This document shows, piece by piece, positions 48,758-58,730 of a stretch of DNA of 64,000 nucleotides. Source of the stretch: Myxococcota bacterium (lineage in GTDB: Bacteria; Myxococcota_A; UBA9160; SZUA-336); assembly GCA_965247115.1 (NCBI GenBank), contig CBDFGR010000003.1, positions 64,001-128,000 of the forward strand, given 5' to 3'. Position numbers and translations under genes: made by a program. How positions within the stretch are numbered: the stretch's first letter is position 1; every line of letters starts with the position of its first letter. The notes below the pieces were generated by a model, which had not been told where the DNA came from, searched no databases, and saw nothing but the letters and a program-made list of their open reading frames with translations.

Positions 48758-48895
48758 GCCCACAGTATACTCGAACGGACGACTCTAAGTATCTGAATTC
48801 AGGAGGATTCTGCTCCTTGGTCTCTTTCCTTGTGGGCTGCTGAGTTGCGCTCGACACTGCCGCTTCCCTGCCTGCCTTCCCACCCCGGCCATCGT

Positions 48896-49690
48896 TCAGG
48901 AGCGGCGAGGCCTCCTCCCTTTGGCTCGCGCCACCATGCGCTCGAGAGCCTGCGTTTCGGCAGGTCGCAGGCGACGCGATTCGCCCGGCTTGAGGCTTCC
49001 GAGTCGAAGTGGGCCAAAGCGGATCCGTAGCAAGCGCCGCACCGGATGATCGAGCGCTCGCATCATCTCGCGGATCTGGCGCCGGCGCCCTTCGATCAGC
49101 GTGATCTCGACCACGCTCCGAGCGGGCGCGGCCGACAATACCCGTACATCGCAGGGTGCCGTCTGGCGCCCGTCGAGCTCGATCCCGGCCGAGATCTGCT
49201 GGGCCTCCGCGCCGCTGAGCTCGCCCTCCACGCTCACCCGATAGGTACGGGGAACCTCAAAGGACGGGTGGAGCAGAGCCTGCGTCAGCTCCCCATCGTT
49301 GGTGAGGAGCAGCAGACCCTCACTGGGGGCGTCCAACCGCCCGACGGGAAACAGGCGCTCGCGGGACGACACCAGGTCGAGCACCGTCTTCGTCGCGTGC
49401 GGATCCCGCGTCGTGCTCACGACGCCGCGCGGCTTGTAGACGAGATAGCTCTGGCGCCTGCTCTTGCCAGCGACGCGCCGACCGTCGACGAGGATGCGGT
49501 CGCGCTGCGGATGGGCGCGGGTACCGAGCTCGGTGACCACGCGGCCGTTCACCCGCACACGACCCTCGCGGATGAGAGCCTCCGCGGCGCGCCGGGACGC
49601 GATGCCAGCGGCGGCAAGGATCTTCTGGAGCCGCTCCTCGCGCTTGCGGGCTTCAGGCCGGGGGGTCGTTTTGCGAGTCCGGCTGGACAC
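48896..49690 (-). CDS. rluB: 23S rRNA pseudouridine synthase (RluB/RsuA family)
   Basis: S4 domain ERLQKILA.AG.ASRR; PVGRLD catalytic Asp; EGLLLLTNDG; follows scpAB. Confidence 0.9.
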   Translation of the reverse strand: MSSRTRKTTPRPEARKREERLQKILAAAGIASRRAAEALIREGRVRVNGRVVTELGTRAHPQRDRILVDGRRVAGKSRRQSYLVYKPRGVVSTTRDPHATKTVLDLVSSRERLFPVGRLDAPSEGLLLLTNDGELTQALLHPSFEVPRTYRVSVEGELSGAEAQQISAGIELDGRQTAPCDVRVLSAAPARSVVEITLIEGRRRQIREMMRALDHPVRRLLRIRFGPLRLGSLKPGESRRLRPAETQALERMVARAKGRRPRRS

Positions 49691-50327
49691 GGTCACTCCC
49701 GACGACACCCGGCGCCTCCTCTGCCGGGCTTGTGTTCGACAGCTCCGCTCCGCCGGCACGGGCGGCCGCGCCGAGATCGACGACCGTCCCGTCCTCCTCG
49801 ACCATCGCGTGCGCTTCGCGCAGATCCGGGAGGTCCCGAAGCGAGCGCAGGCCGAAGGTCTCCAGGAAGTGGGAGCTCGAGCCGTACAGGCTCGGGCGAC
49901 CGGGAACGTCCCTGCGTCCAACGATCCGCACCAGGTCCCGTTCGAGCAGCGTCCTGAGCACCGCTCCGCAATCCACGCAGCGCAGGTCCTCGAGCTCCGC
50001 CCGCGTGAGCGGTTGCCGATAGGCGACAACCGCGAGCGTCTCGAGCGCCGCGCGCGAGAGTCGCACTCTTCGCTCCGGTCTCGCGGCTCGGATCACGGCG
50101 CCGTACTCGGGCCGGGTCCGGAACTGGTAGCCGCCGTTCACCTCGACGATCTCGTACGGACGCCCCTGGTCCAGGAGCGTCGTGTTGATGGAAGCCACGA
50201 TCCGCCCCAGCTCGAGTCCGGAAAGCTTTGGGAAGACCTTGCGAAGCCGTGCGGTGGTCGAAGGCCGATCGCCTGCGAAGATCAGCGCCTCGATCGCGCT
50301 CGCCATGCTCTCGGCGTCCCGTTCCAA
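49653..50327 (-). CDS. scpB: SMC-Scp complex subunit ScpB
   Basis: IEALIFA, GGYQFRT, LSRAALETLA.VAYRQP.TR. Confidence 0.93.
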   Translation of the reverse strand: MERDAESMASAIEALIFAGDRPSTTARLRKVFPKLSGLELGRIVASINTTLLDQGRPYEIVEVNGGYQFRTRPEYGAVIRAARPERRVRLSRAALETLAVVAYRQPLTRAELEDLRCVDCGAVLRTLLERDLVRIVGRRDVPGRPSLYGSSSHFLETFGLRSLRDLPDLREAHAMVEEDGTVVDLGAAARAGGAELSNTSPAEEAPGVVGSDRVQPDSQNDPPA

Positions 50328-50336
50328 GCGACCCCC

Positions 50337-51203
50337 CTATTCTTCCTCTGGCTCCCCGGCGGACCCTCTCGCCGAGACCTCTTCGCGGGCCTTCTCGCTG
50401 ACCGAGGCCCAGGCGCGTTCTGCCTCCTTGCCGGCCGCCACGATCTGGTCCGAGTCCGGGGCGGTGTCAACCGCCGCGCGTACACGCACGGGACCGAATA
50501 GCATGCCGTCCGCGTTGATGTTCTGGAACAGGCGCAACGCCTGAATTTTTGCCAGCTCGAGGATCGCGAGGAAAGTCATCACAATTCTGTGTCGTGTGAA
50601 ATCGGCATCCCGCAGCAGATCCTCGAAGCGCAGGGAGTCCGTCGTACGGCTGCGAAGCTGGTCCATGACCGCGACCATCCGCTCCTGCAGTGTGATCCGC
50701 TCGAGCGCGATCCGATGATGTTGCTCCTCTTCGGGGAGGCTCTCCAGCACGCGGCGCATGGCTTCCACGAGAGCGAACAGGCTGACGTGCAGGCTCGGCT
50801 CGGCCTCCGGGAGCCCCGCAACGTCTGCCAGAGACGTGAAGACGTCCCTTCCCAGGAGCGGCCGCCGATCGAACTCGATGGCAACCTCCTTGAAGATGGC
50901 GTACTCGGCCAGGCGGCGGGCCAGCTCGGCTCTGGGATCGCCGCCTTCCTCTTCGTCGAGGTCGCCCGGAGCCGGCGGCAGCAGCATGCGCGACTTGATG
51001 TACGCGAGCGTGGCGGCCATCAGCAGGTAGTCGGCGGCCACGTTGATGTCGAGCTGCCGCATCAGCTCGAGGTACTCGAGGTACTGCTCCGAGATCAGCG
51101 CGACCGGAATGTCGGCGACATCGACCTCGTTGCTCCGGATCAAATGGAGCAGCAGGTCGAGGGGCCCCTCGAACACGGGCAGGTTTACGGCACAGCCGCG
51201 CAT
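50337..51203 (-). CDS. scpA: Segregation/condensation protein A (start may be 51251)
   Basis: FEGPLDLLLHLI, AA.YL.MAATL..IKSRMLLP, TFLAILEL. Confidence 0.94.
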   Translation of the reverse strand: MRGCAVNLPVFEGPLDLLLHLIRSNEVDVADIPVALISEQYLEYLELMRQLDINVAADYLLMAATLAYIKSRMLLPPAPGDLDEEEGGDPRAELARRLAEYAIFKEVAIEFDRRPLLGRDVFTSLADVAGLPEAEPSLHVSLFALVEAMRRVLESLPEEEQHHRIALERITLQERMVAVMDQLRSRTTDSLRFEDLLRDADFTRHRIVMTFLAILELAKIQALRLFQNINADGMLFGPVRVRAAVDTAPDSDQIVAAGKEAERAWASVSEKAREEVSARGSAGEPEEE

Positions 51204-51283
51204 ACCCGCAGGGCTGGCTTCGCCTGAGCTGTCCAGTTCAGTTCTGATCACACGAGACCCGACGGGGCTACGTCGGCGGCAGA

Positions 51284-52567
51284 CTACCCAATCTGTCGCC
51301 GTCGAGCCAACCAACGACGGGCCCAGACGTCGTCTACGGCACGACCGTCGAGAGCGCGTCGCCTCGCGACCCGAAGCAGCTTGCCGACGAGCGGGCCCCG
51401 AGCCCCGAGGGCGCGGGCCCGGTGGCCGTCAAAGGGGCCTCGCACATGACGCAGGCTGCGCGCGTAGCGCACGACGCACCGCTGGCTCGCGCTCGGCGCG
51501 CTGCAGAAAAGCATCAGCAGAGCCGGCTCCGTGCTGCCAGACAGCGTGGCGTCGAGCTGGCCGGGGCTGTGCGCCCCGGCGAGGGCGCGCAGTAATCTCG
51601 GGTGGGCCGCTAGGTCGCGCTCGATCCTCTGGGCCGCGCTTCCGGCGATCCCCAGGCGCTCGAGCACTCGCGAGCGGAGCCTCTTCCTCAGGCCGCTCTG
51701 CAGGAGGCGCAGCCCGCACGCTCGGATCTCGCGATCCGCTGCGGCCTCGGACCACGGCGCGCGGACTTTTACCCGATCGAGGCGGCGGAGCGCGCGGCCG
51801 CCAGCAGCCGCGAGATCCCAGCCCTGCACGGCGGCCTCGAGAAGCCCGAGGCGCTGCGTCTGTGCGAGCGCCCTGGCGCTGGCCCCCTCGTCCAGCAGGC
51901 GCTCGAATTCGTGGAGGACGCGGGCAGCCGAGAGCGTAGCGACCGAGTCATGGCGCACGGCGCTCCGCGCGAGGGCTGCAGTCTTCCGGTCCAGACGAAA
52001 GCGCAGGCGGGCTGCGTAGCGCGCCGCCCGATACAGGCGGGTCGGGTCGTCCGTGAAGCTCGCGCTATGCAACACGCGCAGACGGCGAGCCTCGAGGTCC
52101 TCGAGACCGGCATGAAGATCGACAAGTACGTCTCCTGAATGCTCGTCGAGAGGCAGCGCCATCGCGTTTACGCTGAAGTCCCGCCGAGCGAAGTCCTCCT
52201 CGAGCTCCGCCGGTTGCACGCGCGGCAGGGCCCCGGGCTTCCGGTAGACCTCGGTGCGCGCACGGGAGAGATCGATCCGAAACTCGGCTCCCTGAAGCGT
52301 CGCGGTGAAAAATCGAGAGTGGTGTCGAACACGCGTCGAGAGGCGCCGGGCGCACGCTTCAGCGATCTGCTCCAGCCGATCCGACAGCAGCACGTCCACG
52401 TCTTGCACGGGCAGGCCGAGCAGCAGATCTCGGACGGGCCCTCCCACCAAGAACACTCGCACGTCCCGGCGCCGTGACTCCTCCACCACGATGCGCAGTG
52501 GATCGCCCCGGGTCTCCAGTGCCCGGAACAGGCGTCGCCGCAGCGGCGCGGCGGGCAGCGTCTTCAT
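51284..52567 (-). CDS. tRNA nucleotidyltransferase/poly(A) polymerase family
   Basis: LVGGPVRDLLLG, DVD, EDFARRDFSVNAMA, SFTDDPTRLYRA. Confidence 0.9.
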   Translation of the reverse strand: MKTLPAAPLRRRLFRALETRGDPLRIVVEESRRRDVRVFLVGGPVRDLLLGLPVQDVDVLLSDRLEQIAEACARRLSTRVRHHSRFFTATLQGAEFRIDLSRARTEVYRKPGALPRVQPAELEEDFARRDFSVNAMALPLDEHSGDVLVDLHAGLEDLEARRLRVLHSASFTDDPTRLYRAARYAARLRFRLDRKTAALARSAVRHDSVATLSAARVLHEFERLLDEGASARALAQTQRLGLLEAAVQGWDLAAAGGRALRRLDRVKVRAPWSEAAADREIRACGLRLLQSGLRKRLRSRVLERLGIAGSAAQRIERDLAAHPRLLRALAGAHSPGQLDATLSGSTEPALLMLFCSAPSASQRCVVRYARSLRHVRGPFDGHRARALGARGPLVGKLLRVARRRALDGRAVDDVWARRWLARRRQIG

Positions 52568-53457
52568 CGGCGGGAGCCGCCTCGAGGATGGCGGCGCTCC
52601 ACCAGCTCGCGCAGACGCGCCCGGCTGACGTGCGTGTAGATCTCCGTCGTCGCGATGTCCGCGTGACCCAGCATCTCCTGCACCGAGCGCAGATCGGCGC
52701 CACCTTCCAGCAAGTGGGTCGCAAACGAGTGCCGCAAGACATGGGGCGTGAGCTTGTGGGCAATGCCAAGCAGCTGTCCGTAGCGGCGAATGCGGTACCA
52801 GACCGCCTGACGCGTGAGCGCAGCTCCGCGCTGTGAGACGAAAACCTCAGGCGGTCCGGCTCCCCGAACGCAGCGCGGACGCACTTCCTCGAGATAGCGC
52901 GACAGCCGGTTGACCGCTGGCGCGCCAAGCAGCGCCAGCCGCTCGCGACGTCCCTTTCCCTGAACCGTGCAGCAGTGCGAGTCGAGCTGAAGATCGGCGA
53001 GTCGGAGGGACGTGAGCTCGGACACTCGGAGCCCCGCCGCGTAGAGAACCTCGAGCATCGCTCGATCCCGGATGCCGAGCACGGACTCGTCGGGCGCTTC
53101 CACCAGGGCGCTGACCTCTGCAAGGCTCAGGACCTTCGGCACGCTACGCGCGCCCTTGGGTCGAGATACGTCCCCGAGTGGGTCCGTCTCGAGCCGCCCC
53201 TCACTGCGCAGGTAGGAAAAGAGCCGGGAGATGGCCGAGAGAGCCCGGGAACGCGTCGAGGCGGCGCAGCTGCGAGCCTCGAGGGCGTCGAGATGGCGGC
53301 GCAGCGAGGACGCATCAACGCTCTCGACCGCGACCTCGCCAACGCTGTCCGCAAGACTCGCGAGGTCGCGCCCGTAGGCCTCGATGGTGGCTGGCGACAA
53401 GCCACGCTCTACGGCCAGATGAGCCAGGAACGCATCAATCGCAGCGTCGAGCTTCAC
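52564..53457 (-). CDS. xerD: Tyrosine recombinase XerD
   Basis: VERGLS..T..AY, RDRAMLEVLYA.GLRVSEL, PHVLRHSFATHLL.GGADLR.VQ.MLGH.DI.TT.IYTHV. Confidence 0.93.
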   Translation of the reverse strand: MKLDAAIDAFLAHLAVERGLSPATIEAYGRDLASLADSVGEVAVESVDASSLRRHLDALEARSCAASTRSRALSAISRLFSYLRSEGRLETDPLGDVSRPKGARSVPKVLSLAEVSALVEAPDESVLGIRDRAMLEVLYAAGLRVSELTSLRLADLQLDSHCCTVQGKGRRERLALLGAPAVNRLSRYLEEVRPRCVRGAGPPEVFVSQRGAALTRQAVWYRIRRYGQLLGIAHKLTPHVLRHSFATHLLEGGADLRSVQEMLGHADIATTEIYTHVSRARLRELVERRHPRGGSRR

Positions 53458-53658
53458 GCCAACCCCCACCGCGAATGTGTACCACCGCCCGACCGCCCCT
53501 CGCCACCGCTCTCCAGGAGTGCTGCCGCTCTCTAGACCCCAAGGAAGGGATACCCGCGCTCCTCGACCATCGCGACTGGGTGCGTCATGAGGAAGCTCCG
53601 AAGAAAAGCGCCTCGGAGCCGCGGCTGCGAAGCCGGTAGCCCGCGTGAGTGGGTCAGT

Positions 53659-54348
53659 CTAGGGCGAGGCACGCGCCCCTCCAGGGACATCCAGAGGATC
53701 GAGCAACCCGTAGCGCCGCCAACCCTCTCTGAGAAGCCAGGTGTGCGCAGCAGCGACCGGAACCTCGTCCCCCATCTCTCGCCGCATTGTTCCTCTTCTC
53801 CAACCGTCAAACCATCGCCCGGATGAGGCGGGATCCAGCTCCCCTAGCGCCCTACGGCGATGCCGCGCCGCGTTGAGCAGGACGTACCGGACCGCATTCC
53901 GGACCTCGCGCGGCGTCCTCAAGATCCGCGCGTGGTAGCGATCCGCCAGCAGCCCCCCACGCCACCCAAACACACGCCTCATCGTCCAGACCATCCTCCG
54001 GCTCAGACTCTTCATCCCCCGACCGAGCGCGTACTGATCCTTCGCCTCGACGATAAGGTGCGCGTGGTCCCGCAAGAGCGCGTAGTGCACCAGCCGAAAC
54101 TCCCCCCGGTCGCACCCTCGCGCTAGCGTCTCCTCAAACGCCCGCACAAAGGCCGGAGCCCGCAACGACGGAGCACCATCGCGCACCCGCAGGGTCACGT
54201 GACACGGATGCCGCGACGCGAGACTCTGCCGACTTCGGTGGCGAACCAGCGGATTCGGCCCAGGCTTGCGCCCCGCCCCCTCGCGCCGCCCGCCATGACG
54301 CGCCAGAGGCCGTAGACGAAGCGAGAGCTGCCGATCTGACTTTCTCAC
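53659..54348 (-). mobile_element. REP-associated tyrosine transposase (RAYT, Y1/HUH family)
   Basis: HVTLR, HYA...DHAHLIVEA (HUH), DRYH..IL, RYVLLN (catalytic Tyr); codon usage differs from its neighbours. Confidence 0.85.
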
Positions 54349-54399
54349 GTCTTCACCAATTGGTGTAGATTAGGGCTTTCTATTTATTCTGTCAAGATA

Positions 54400-54747
54400 G
54401 GTCCGGTCCTGGCACATGGTTTACAGAAGTCCGTAGTTTACAAAAGTCCGAGAACACCGTTTACACCTGGGAGATGCCTGGATGGAAACGAATAAAGAAG
54501 ATCAAAGGGGAAACTTCGTGATGGAGTTCCTGAGCGGACAGTGGTCGATGACCGAGTTCTGCGAGCGCTACCGAGTGAGTCGTCCGACCGGGTACAAGTG
54601 GCTGCACCGAACTAACGAGGGCCTTGCGGGACTGGGCTCCTGCGAGCCCGTGTCTCGAAGCCAAGGACATCAAGGGAACAGAGAAAGGAACGACAGAGTG
54701 TTACCTATGTTGCCGGTCTAACCGTTACCCATGTCTACAGTTGAACA
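54400..54747 (+). mobile_element. Internally deleted IS481-family element (both ends plus an HTH fragment)
   Basis: Frameshifted MPW-METNKEDQR..FV.......SMTEFCERYRVSRPTGYKWL.R; left end with ACATGGTTTACA and repeated GTTTACA; right end with TGTTACCTATGT/GTTACCCATGT ending in ACA. Confidence 0.8.
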
Positions 54748-54882
54748 AAGGGAGGTCCGGTCAAGCCGAGATCCTCAGCGCTGCCCTCACCTGTCTGTGG
54801 CAGACATCACCCATGGAAGGCCGAGTACCTAGCCGGTTTCTACTCGGTGAAGGAGCTCTGCGAGCAGTTTTGGGGTCGGCCG

Positions 54883-57591
54883 CTAGACGCGGTCATCCTG
54901 GATGGCTCGGAGGACGCTGGCTTCGATCTCTTGCTGACGTCCGGGATCCGCCACCTTGTCGCCACCGTTGGTGATGTAGAAGGTGTCCGTGACGCGGTTC
55001 GCGCGAGTGGCCGCACGGGACATGACGATCTCCAGACCGAGGTCTGAGAGGGCGCGCGTGATGTCGAAGAGGAGTGCTGGGCGGTCGTTCGTGGACACGT
55101 CGATGATCGTGTAGAAATCCGAGTCCTGGTTCGCGATGCGGACGGTCGGCGGCGCAGCCCTCAGGCTGCGCGGCCGCCTCGCGCTGGGTCGGGCCGTGTG
55201 GGTGCCCGCATCCCGGACGCCCGAGAGTAGCCCGCGAAGCCGGGTCTCGATCCGATCCACCTCGAGCTCTTCTTCCGCCGCGCCGCCCGCGATCGGATCC
55301 AGCTGGTAGATCTCGATCGCGAGGCCGCTGCGCGTCGTGTAGACGTGCGCGGCCAGGATGTTGTGCCCGCAGGCCGTGAGCACGCCGGTCACCTGCGAGA
55401 ACAACCCCGGGCGATCCTGCGCGATCACACAGATCCCCCAGAACTCTTGCTCGTCGTGATCCGGATGGAAGGGGTAGACGCCGACAAGGTCGTCACAAGC
55501 GACGAACGCCAGAGCGGAGCGGAGCTGCGCCAGGAGCTGGCCCGGACTGTGGTCGAGAAAGAGTCGCGGCGGGACCACGTCGAGGAAGTTCTCGACTTTC
55601 GGACGACTCGCGCCGTCCTCCACCAACCGATCCGCTGCCTCCCGCCGAGCCTCGTCCGCGCGCGTCATGGCGCGCTCGAGATACGCGCGGGTGGCGTCGG
55701 GTGCCTCGCCGCCGACCTCCAGCCACTCCGCGGCGTTGCGGTAGAGCGCCTCCAGCAGGCCTCCCTTCCAGGTGGTCCACGCTTCGGGGGAAACGCTGCG
55801 GATGTCCGCGATCGTCGCCAGATAGAGGCTGCGCAGCCGCTCGCGGCTCCCGCACAAGTTGGCCAGGTTGAGGATGACGCGAGAGTCGTGCACGTCGCGC
55901 CGCTCTGCCATCTGACTCATCGTCAGGTGCTCGCGAACGATGAACTCCACCCGGTCCTGCTCGTCTTCACTAAAGCCGAGACGCTGAGCAATGTCCGGGA
56001 TCATCGCCGCGCCCCTCTCGGAGTGTCCACCTCCGAGACCCTTGCCGATGTCGTGCAAGATGCAGCCAAGGTAGATGACCTCCGGCGCCTGGATCTCGCG
56101 GACGAGAGCAGTCGGGAACGGGAGCTCTTCGCGAAAGTTCCCCTTGCGAAGCCGTCGAAGCTGCTCGACGAGAAACAGCGAGTGCACGTCGACGGTGTAC
56201 GTGTGGTACATGTCCTGCTGCCACAATCCCACGAGTCGACCGAACTCGGGCAAGTAGGCTCCGAGCAGATCCAGCTCGTCCATGACCGCGAGCGTTCGAT
56301 AGACGCGGTTCGGAGACTGCAGCAGCTGCCGGAACAGCGTAGCGGCCTCGGGATCCTTTCGGAACGCGTCGTCCACCAGATGCAGGTGGTGGCGGACCAG
56401 GCGTTGGGCGCGGGCGGAGAGCTCCACGTCGTGGTGCTGAGCGAGCGCGAACGCGGAGAGCAGGCGCACGGGGCGCTCCTCGAGCAACGAGGCACTGGGG
56501 ATCTCCAGACGGCCGTCGACGAGCGCAAAGCCTTCGGCCAGAGCGTAAGAGCCGCGCTGGACAGAGGGGTGGCGCAGACGCTCGGAGTTGCGCGCGTCGT
56601 CGATCACCCGACGGCTCAGGCGCGCCACCGCACGCGCGTGTATGTAGTAGGAGCGCATGAGCTCCTCGATCGGGAAGGCACCATCGCCACCCTGGTAGCC
56701 GAGACGCTCTGCCAGATGCTCCTGCAAGACAAAATGGAGCCGATCGTTCTTTCGACCGCTCCGGTGGAGCTCGTTGCGCGCGCGCCACAGGAAGTCGAGT
56801 GCTACCAGCAGCTCGTCGAGCTCCTCGGCGTCGAGGAAGCCGTGCAGGAGCAGATGCTCCGGCCGCCTGACCTCCCAGCGAGACGCGCGCGCGGTCCACA
56901 TGGCGGTGTGGTAGTCGCGCAGGGCACCGACGCCCTCCCGGAGGTTCGGCTGCAACAAATAGAGCGACTCGCCGAAGCGCTCGTGCCTGTCTCGCATCTC
57001 CTTGAGCTTGCCGTCTACGAAGCTCGTAGCGTGCTTCTTCAGGTAGTCGCGGACCTCGTGCTCCAGCTCCGCGTGGAGGCCCGGATCGCCGATCAGGAAA
57101 CGAGCGTCGAGAAACGACGTCAGCGTCGGCAGATCCTCGCGCCCGACTCGCATGCAATCCTGAATGGTGCGAGTCGCATCGCCCAGGGTGAGCTGCGCGT
57201 CCCACAGCCGGTGCGTGATCACCTCGGTCAGCGTCTCGACGTACGGATTGATCTTGCCACGGTAAACGAAGAGAAGATCGATGTCGGAGCCGAGGGACAG
57301 CTCGCGTCGTCCGTAGCCGCCGACCGCAATCACCGAGAGACGAAAGTCCAGCCGCGGAAAGTGCTCGAAGTACCGGTCCTCGGCCAGGCGGAACAGCTTG
57401 CGGACCAGACGATCGACGAGATCTGCGTGCTCCTCGTTCACCCGACGCGCCGGGACGCCGTCGTCGTGGAGTCCAAGCAGGTAGGTACGAACGGCGTCGA
57501 GGTAGCTGCGGACGAAGGGATTCAGCTGAGAAGATGTCGTCTCAGCGACCGGGCCCACCGCCTTGAAAAACTCGTCGCAAACGGGCTGCAC
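54883..57591 (-). CDS. glnD: [Protein-PII] uridylyltransferase
   Basis: AVGGYGR.EL...SDIDL, YH.YTVD.H, LHDIGKG (HD), two ACT domains (DRPGLF, DRPALL). Confidence 0.96.
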   Translation of the reverse strand: MQPVCDEFFKAVGPVAETTSSQLNPFVRSYLDAVRTYLLGLHDDGVPARRVNEEHADLVDRLVRKLFRLAEDRYFEHFPRLDFRLSVIAVGGYGRRELSLGSDIDLLFVYRGKINPYVETLTEVITHRLWDAQLTLGDATRTIQDCMRVGREDLPTLTSFLDARFLIGDPGLHAELEHEVRDYLKKHATSFVDGKLKEMRDRHERFGESLYLLQPNLREGVGALRDYHTAMWTARASRWEVRRPEHLLLHGFLDAEELDELLVALDFLWRARNELHRSGRKNDRLHFVLQEHLAERLGYQGGDGAFPIEELMRSYYIHARAVARLSRRVIDDARNSERLRHPSVQRGSYALAEGFALVDGRLEIPSASLLEERPVRLLSAFALAQHHDVELSARAQRLVRHHLHLVDDAFRKDPEAATLFRQLLQSPNRVYRTLAVMDELDLLGAYLPEFGRLVGLWQQDMYHTYTVDVHSLFLVEQLRRLRKGNFREELPFPTALVREIQAPEVIYLGCILHDIGKGLGGGHSERGAAMIPDIAQRLGFSEDEQDRVEFIVREHLTMSQMAERRDVHDSRVILNLANLCGSRERLRSLYLATIADIRSVSPEAWTTWKGGLLEALYRNAAEWLEVGGEAPDATRAYLERAMTRADEARREAADRLVEDGASRPKVENFLDVVPPRLFLDHSPGQLLAQLRSALAFVACDDLVGVYPFHPDHDEQEFWGICVIAQDRPGLFSQVTGVLTACGHNILAAHVYTTRSGLAIEIYQLDPIAGGAAEEELEVDRIETRLRGLLSGVRDAGTHTARPSARRPRSLRAAPPTVRIANQDSDFYTIIDVSTNDRPALLFDITRALSDLGLEIVMSRAATRANRVTDTFYITNGGDKVADPGRQQEIEASVLRAIQDDRV

Positions 57592-57593
57592 TG

Positions 57594-58730
57594 TCAGCGT
57601 CCAGCCACCATTCGAGCGTGGCGATCTCTGTATCTGACCACCCCGCGAGCGATCCCATCCGCCACCGCCCGCGCGAAGCCCCGAGTCTGTAGACGCTTGA
57701 TCTCACTCTTGTTCGTGACGAAGCCCACCTCTACCAGAATCGCGGGCATGTCCGCCTGAAACAGCACCAGGAAGGGGCCGCGTTTGACGCCGAGATTTCC
57801 CGTCGCTCGGTGGTCCTTCCGCAGCCGCTTCACCAGACCCGTCTGCACGTCTTCTGCGAGCCGCGCGGCGTAGCGCTCGGTATAGCCCAGCCGAAGGGAT
57901 GCCACGATCAGGTCCAAGTCGGTGAGCTGGGCCACCGTGGTGCCGTTCTCACGTGCCGCTACGCGCGCAGTCTGGCGATCGTAACGGGTGTCGAGCAGGT
58001 ACGTCTCCACGCCATGCGTGTGCCGATTCGGCGAGGCGTTGGCGTGGATCGAGATGAACAGGTCGGCATTCGCTCGGTTTGCCCGCGCGGGTCGCGCGGC
58101 GACCGGCAGGAAGACATCGGAGTCGCGGGTCATCAGCACCTCGAAGCCGCGCTGCTCCAAGCGCCCGCGCAGTTCCTTGGAGATGCGCAGGACCACGTCC
58201 TTCTCACGTACACGGCCCCGTGTCGCCCCGGGGTCCTTGCCACCATGTCCCGGGTCGATCACCACGCGTCGCACCGGGCGCTCGTCGAAGTCCCGCCCAC
58301 TCGCGACGGCAGGTGGGCGGGAGGCGCCGGTGTAGACGTCGGTCACGATGCGGAACGGGTTCTCGAGCTGGAAGGTGCGGTAGCCGTGATCGTTCCCGGA
58401 CAGCTCCAGCACCACGCGCGCGCGGTGGAGCGTGTTCTGACCGCCGCGAACGAGACGCACGGGCGTAGTGGAGCCCCGCGCGCCGCGCGGCTCGCGCAGC
58501 TCCTTCCCGAGCCACGTATCCTCGATGTCGATGTAGAGCCGGTGTGGATCCTCGATCTTGTGGGTCTGGAAGGACACGCGCCGTGACAGCTCGATCGTGA
58601 TGCGTGTATAGGCGGAGTGGGCGTAAACCCGGATATCGGCGACGTCGCCAAGCCCCGGAGGGCGGTCCCCGGCGCCGAGGCAGACGGCTGCCACAAGTAC
58701 GAGCAACGCGCAGCGGGCGGGGGATCTCAT
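57594..58730 (-). CDS. N-acetylmuramoyl-L-alanine amidase (AMIN + Amidase_3)
   Basis: IDPGHGGKDPGA, EKDV.L, SIHANA, PAILVEVGF. Confidence 0.94.
   Translation of the reverse strand: MRSPARCALLVLVAAVCLGAGDRPPGLGDVADIRVYAHSAYTRITIELSRRVSFQTHKIEDPHRLYIDIEDTWLGKELREPRGARGSTTPVRLVRGGQNTLHRARVVLELSGNDHGYRTFQLENPFRIVTDVYTGASRPPAVASGRDFDERPVRRVVIDPGHGGKDPGATRGRVREKDVVLRISKELRGRLEQRGFEVLMTRDSDVFLPVAARPARANRANADLFISIHANASPNRHTHGVETYLLDTRYDRQTARVAARENGTTVAQLTDLDLIVASLRLGYTERYAARLAEDVQTGLVKRLRKDHRATGNLGVKRGPFLVLFQADMPAILVEVGFVTNKSEIKRLQTRGFARAVADGIARGVVRYRDRHARMVAGR

Noticed and set aside
48790..48895. Possible small ORF or sRNA between rluB and the downstream gene
   Set aside because: No RBS, recognisable motif or convincing structure.
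52564..53457. Phage/island integrase
   Set aside because: It has XerD signatures and sits in a housekeeping operon with scpAB; no att sites or phage genes.
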